Assembly (NCBI GenBank): GCA_013152625.1
Contig: JAADFY010000188.1
Coordinates: 1 to 30,067 of the forward strand
DNA length: 30,067 nucleotides
Direction: 5' to 3'
Origin: Alphaproteobacteria bacterium
GTDB taxonomy: Bacteria > Pseudomonadota > Alphaproteobacteria > Rhizobiales > Devosiaceae
A program made the translations under genes and the position numbers. The notes beneath the pieces were generated by a model. That model saw only the letters and a list, made by a program, of their open reading frames with translations, had not been told where the DNA came from and ran no database searches. This document shows positions 29,345 through 30,067 of the stretch, piece by piece (positions within the stretch are counted from its first letter, which is position 1; every line of letters begins with the position of its first letter).

Positions 29345-30067
29345 TTATGGGTATGTGGCCTGGAACAGTTCCGGCAGTTCATTTTGTGCCGCCCGCGCGG
29401 CGGCGGCAACATGTTCGCTGGTGGCCGATGTGTAGGGCCACAACAGATCCGGGCCCACCGGGCCCCATCCGCCAGCTGCCGCCAGCAATTTGTCCAGCGC
29501 CGGGTCCGACAATCCGTACGCGCGTGCCAACGGCAAGATATGGCCGCCAAGAAAACGGTTGATCCGGGCCTCAAGATCCCTTGCTGCCGCCGGGTCGGTT
29601 TCGATCATCCGCCAGTGCCGTACGGCCCCGTCCGGGCTGAGGCAGGCAACATTTGAATAAGACCCGTTGGCCCCCTGTGGCCGCCCGAACGCCACCGTAT
29701 GTCCCGGCACGAACACCGAAAACCCGGGCAGTAAACGCCGCCGGTGGGCATACCAGTCGCTGTCTCCGCCGGCCAGTTTGGCCCCGGCCAGCCTGGGCGC
29801 AACCCTGGCCAGCCCGGCGATTTCATCCAGCGTAAGACGCACTTTGGCGTGGGGGGGATTGTAAATAATCAGCGCCATGTCCCCCGCCGCCGCCGACATC
29901 CCCACCACAAACCGTTCCATCTCGACCCTTGAAGGCGGCCACCAGTCCGGCAGGGTGAACTGGATAGCGGCAGGGCCCAGCGCGAGAACTTTTTTGAGCC
30001 GCTGGCGCGCTACACGCGGGTTGGTATGGCTGACCCCGATCTGAAAGGGTTTGCCGTGTTTGCGGGC
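29345..30067 (-). CDS. Dihydrodipicolinate synthase (DHDPS/NAL) family protein; 5' end outside window
   Basis: Frame open from 30067 (ARKHGKPFQIGVSHTNP...AAIQFTLPDWW...) through IIYNPPHAK (Tyr) and LAGAKL (Schiff-base Lys position) to TAA 29345. Confidence 0.75.
   Translation of the reverse strand, partial: ARKHGKPFQIGVSHTNPRVARQRLKKVLALGPAAIQFTLPDWWPPSRVEMERFVVGMSAAAGDMALIIYNPPHAKVRLTLDEIAGLARVAPRLAGAKLAGGDSDWYAHRRRLLPGFSVFVPGHTVAFGRPQGANGSYSNVACLSPDGAVRHWRMIETDPAAARDLEARINRFLGGHILPLARAYGLSDPALDKLLAAAGGWGPVGPDLLWPYTSATSEHVAAAARAAQNELPELFQATYP

Noticed and set aside
29090-29656. 188-aa plus-strand ORF as a real gene
   Set aside because: It looks like a chimera of the IS-like remnant and the antisense strand of the DHDPS-family gene. 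Only the short ISNDLRLRVVEAH segment resembles a known protein.

Overview
A GC-rich chromosomal segment of an alphaproteobacterium. Gene order and protein style suggest Hyphomicrobiales, possibly Devosiaceae; this is inference. Most of the window is conserved core: xerC divergent from priA-atpHAGDC, and a long minus-strand run rplU-rpmA-GNAT-obgE-proB-proA-nadD-rsfS-rlmH-envC-ctpA-yibQ-like-rppH, with tRNA-Ser(CGA) divergent from rplU. Accessory-looking parts are: (1) a cluster at 1-4726 with a hydantoinase/oxoprolinase A subunit (partial), TWO paralogous B subunits and a metal-dependent Xaa-Pro peptidase between them, the best candidate for an undescribed catabolic system; (2) a NIT-domain chemoreceptor; (3) a Thr/Cys-type amino-acid racemase coupled to rppH; (4) downstream of tRNA-Ser, a probable IS630 remnant and a partial DHDPS-family gene. 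atpD carries an apparent 2-bp deletion in the invariant DDLTDPAP motif, most likely a sequence error. Several short tandem duplications and palindromic intergenic elements are visible, including a 5 x 13-bp array just upstream of priA. All family assignments come from motif recognition by eye; no database searches were run.
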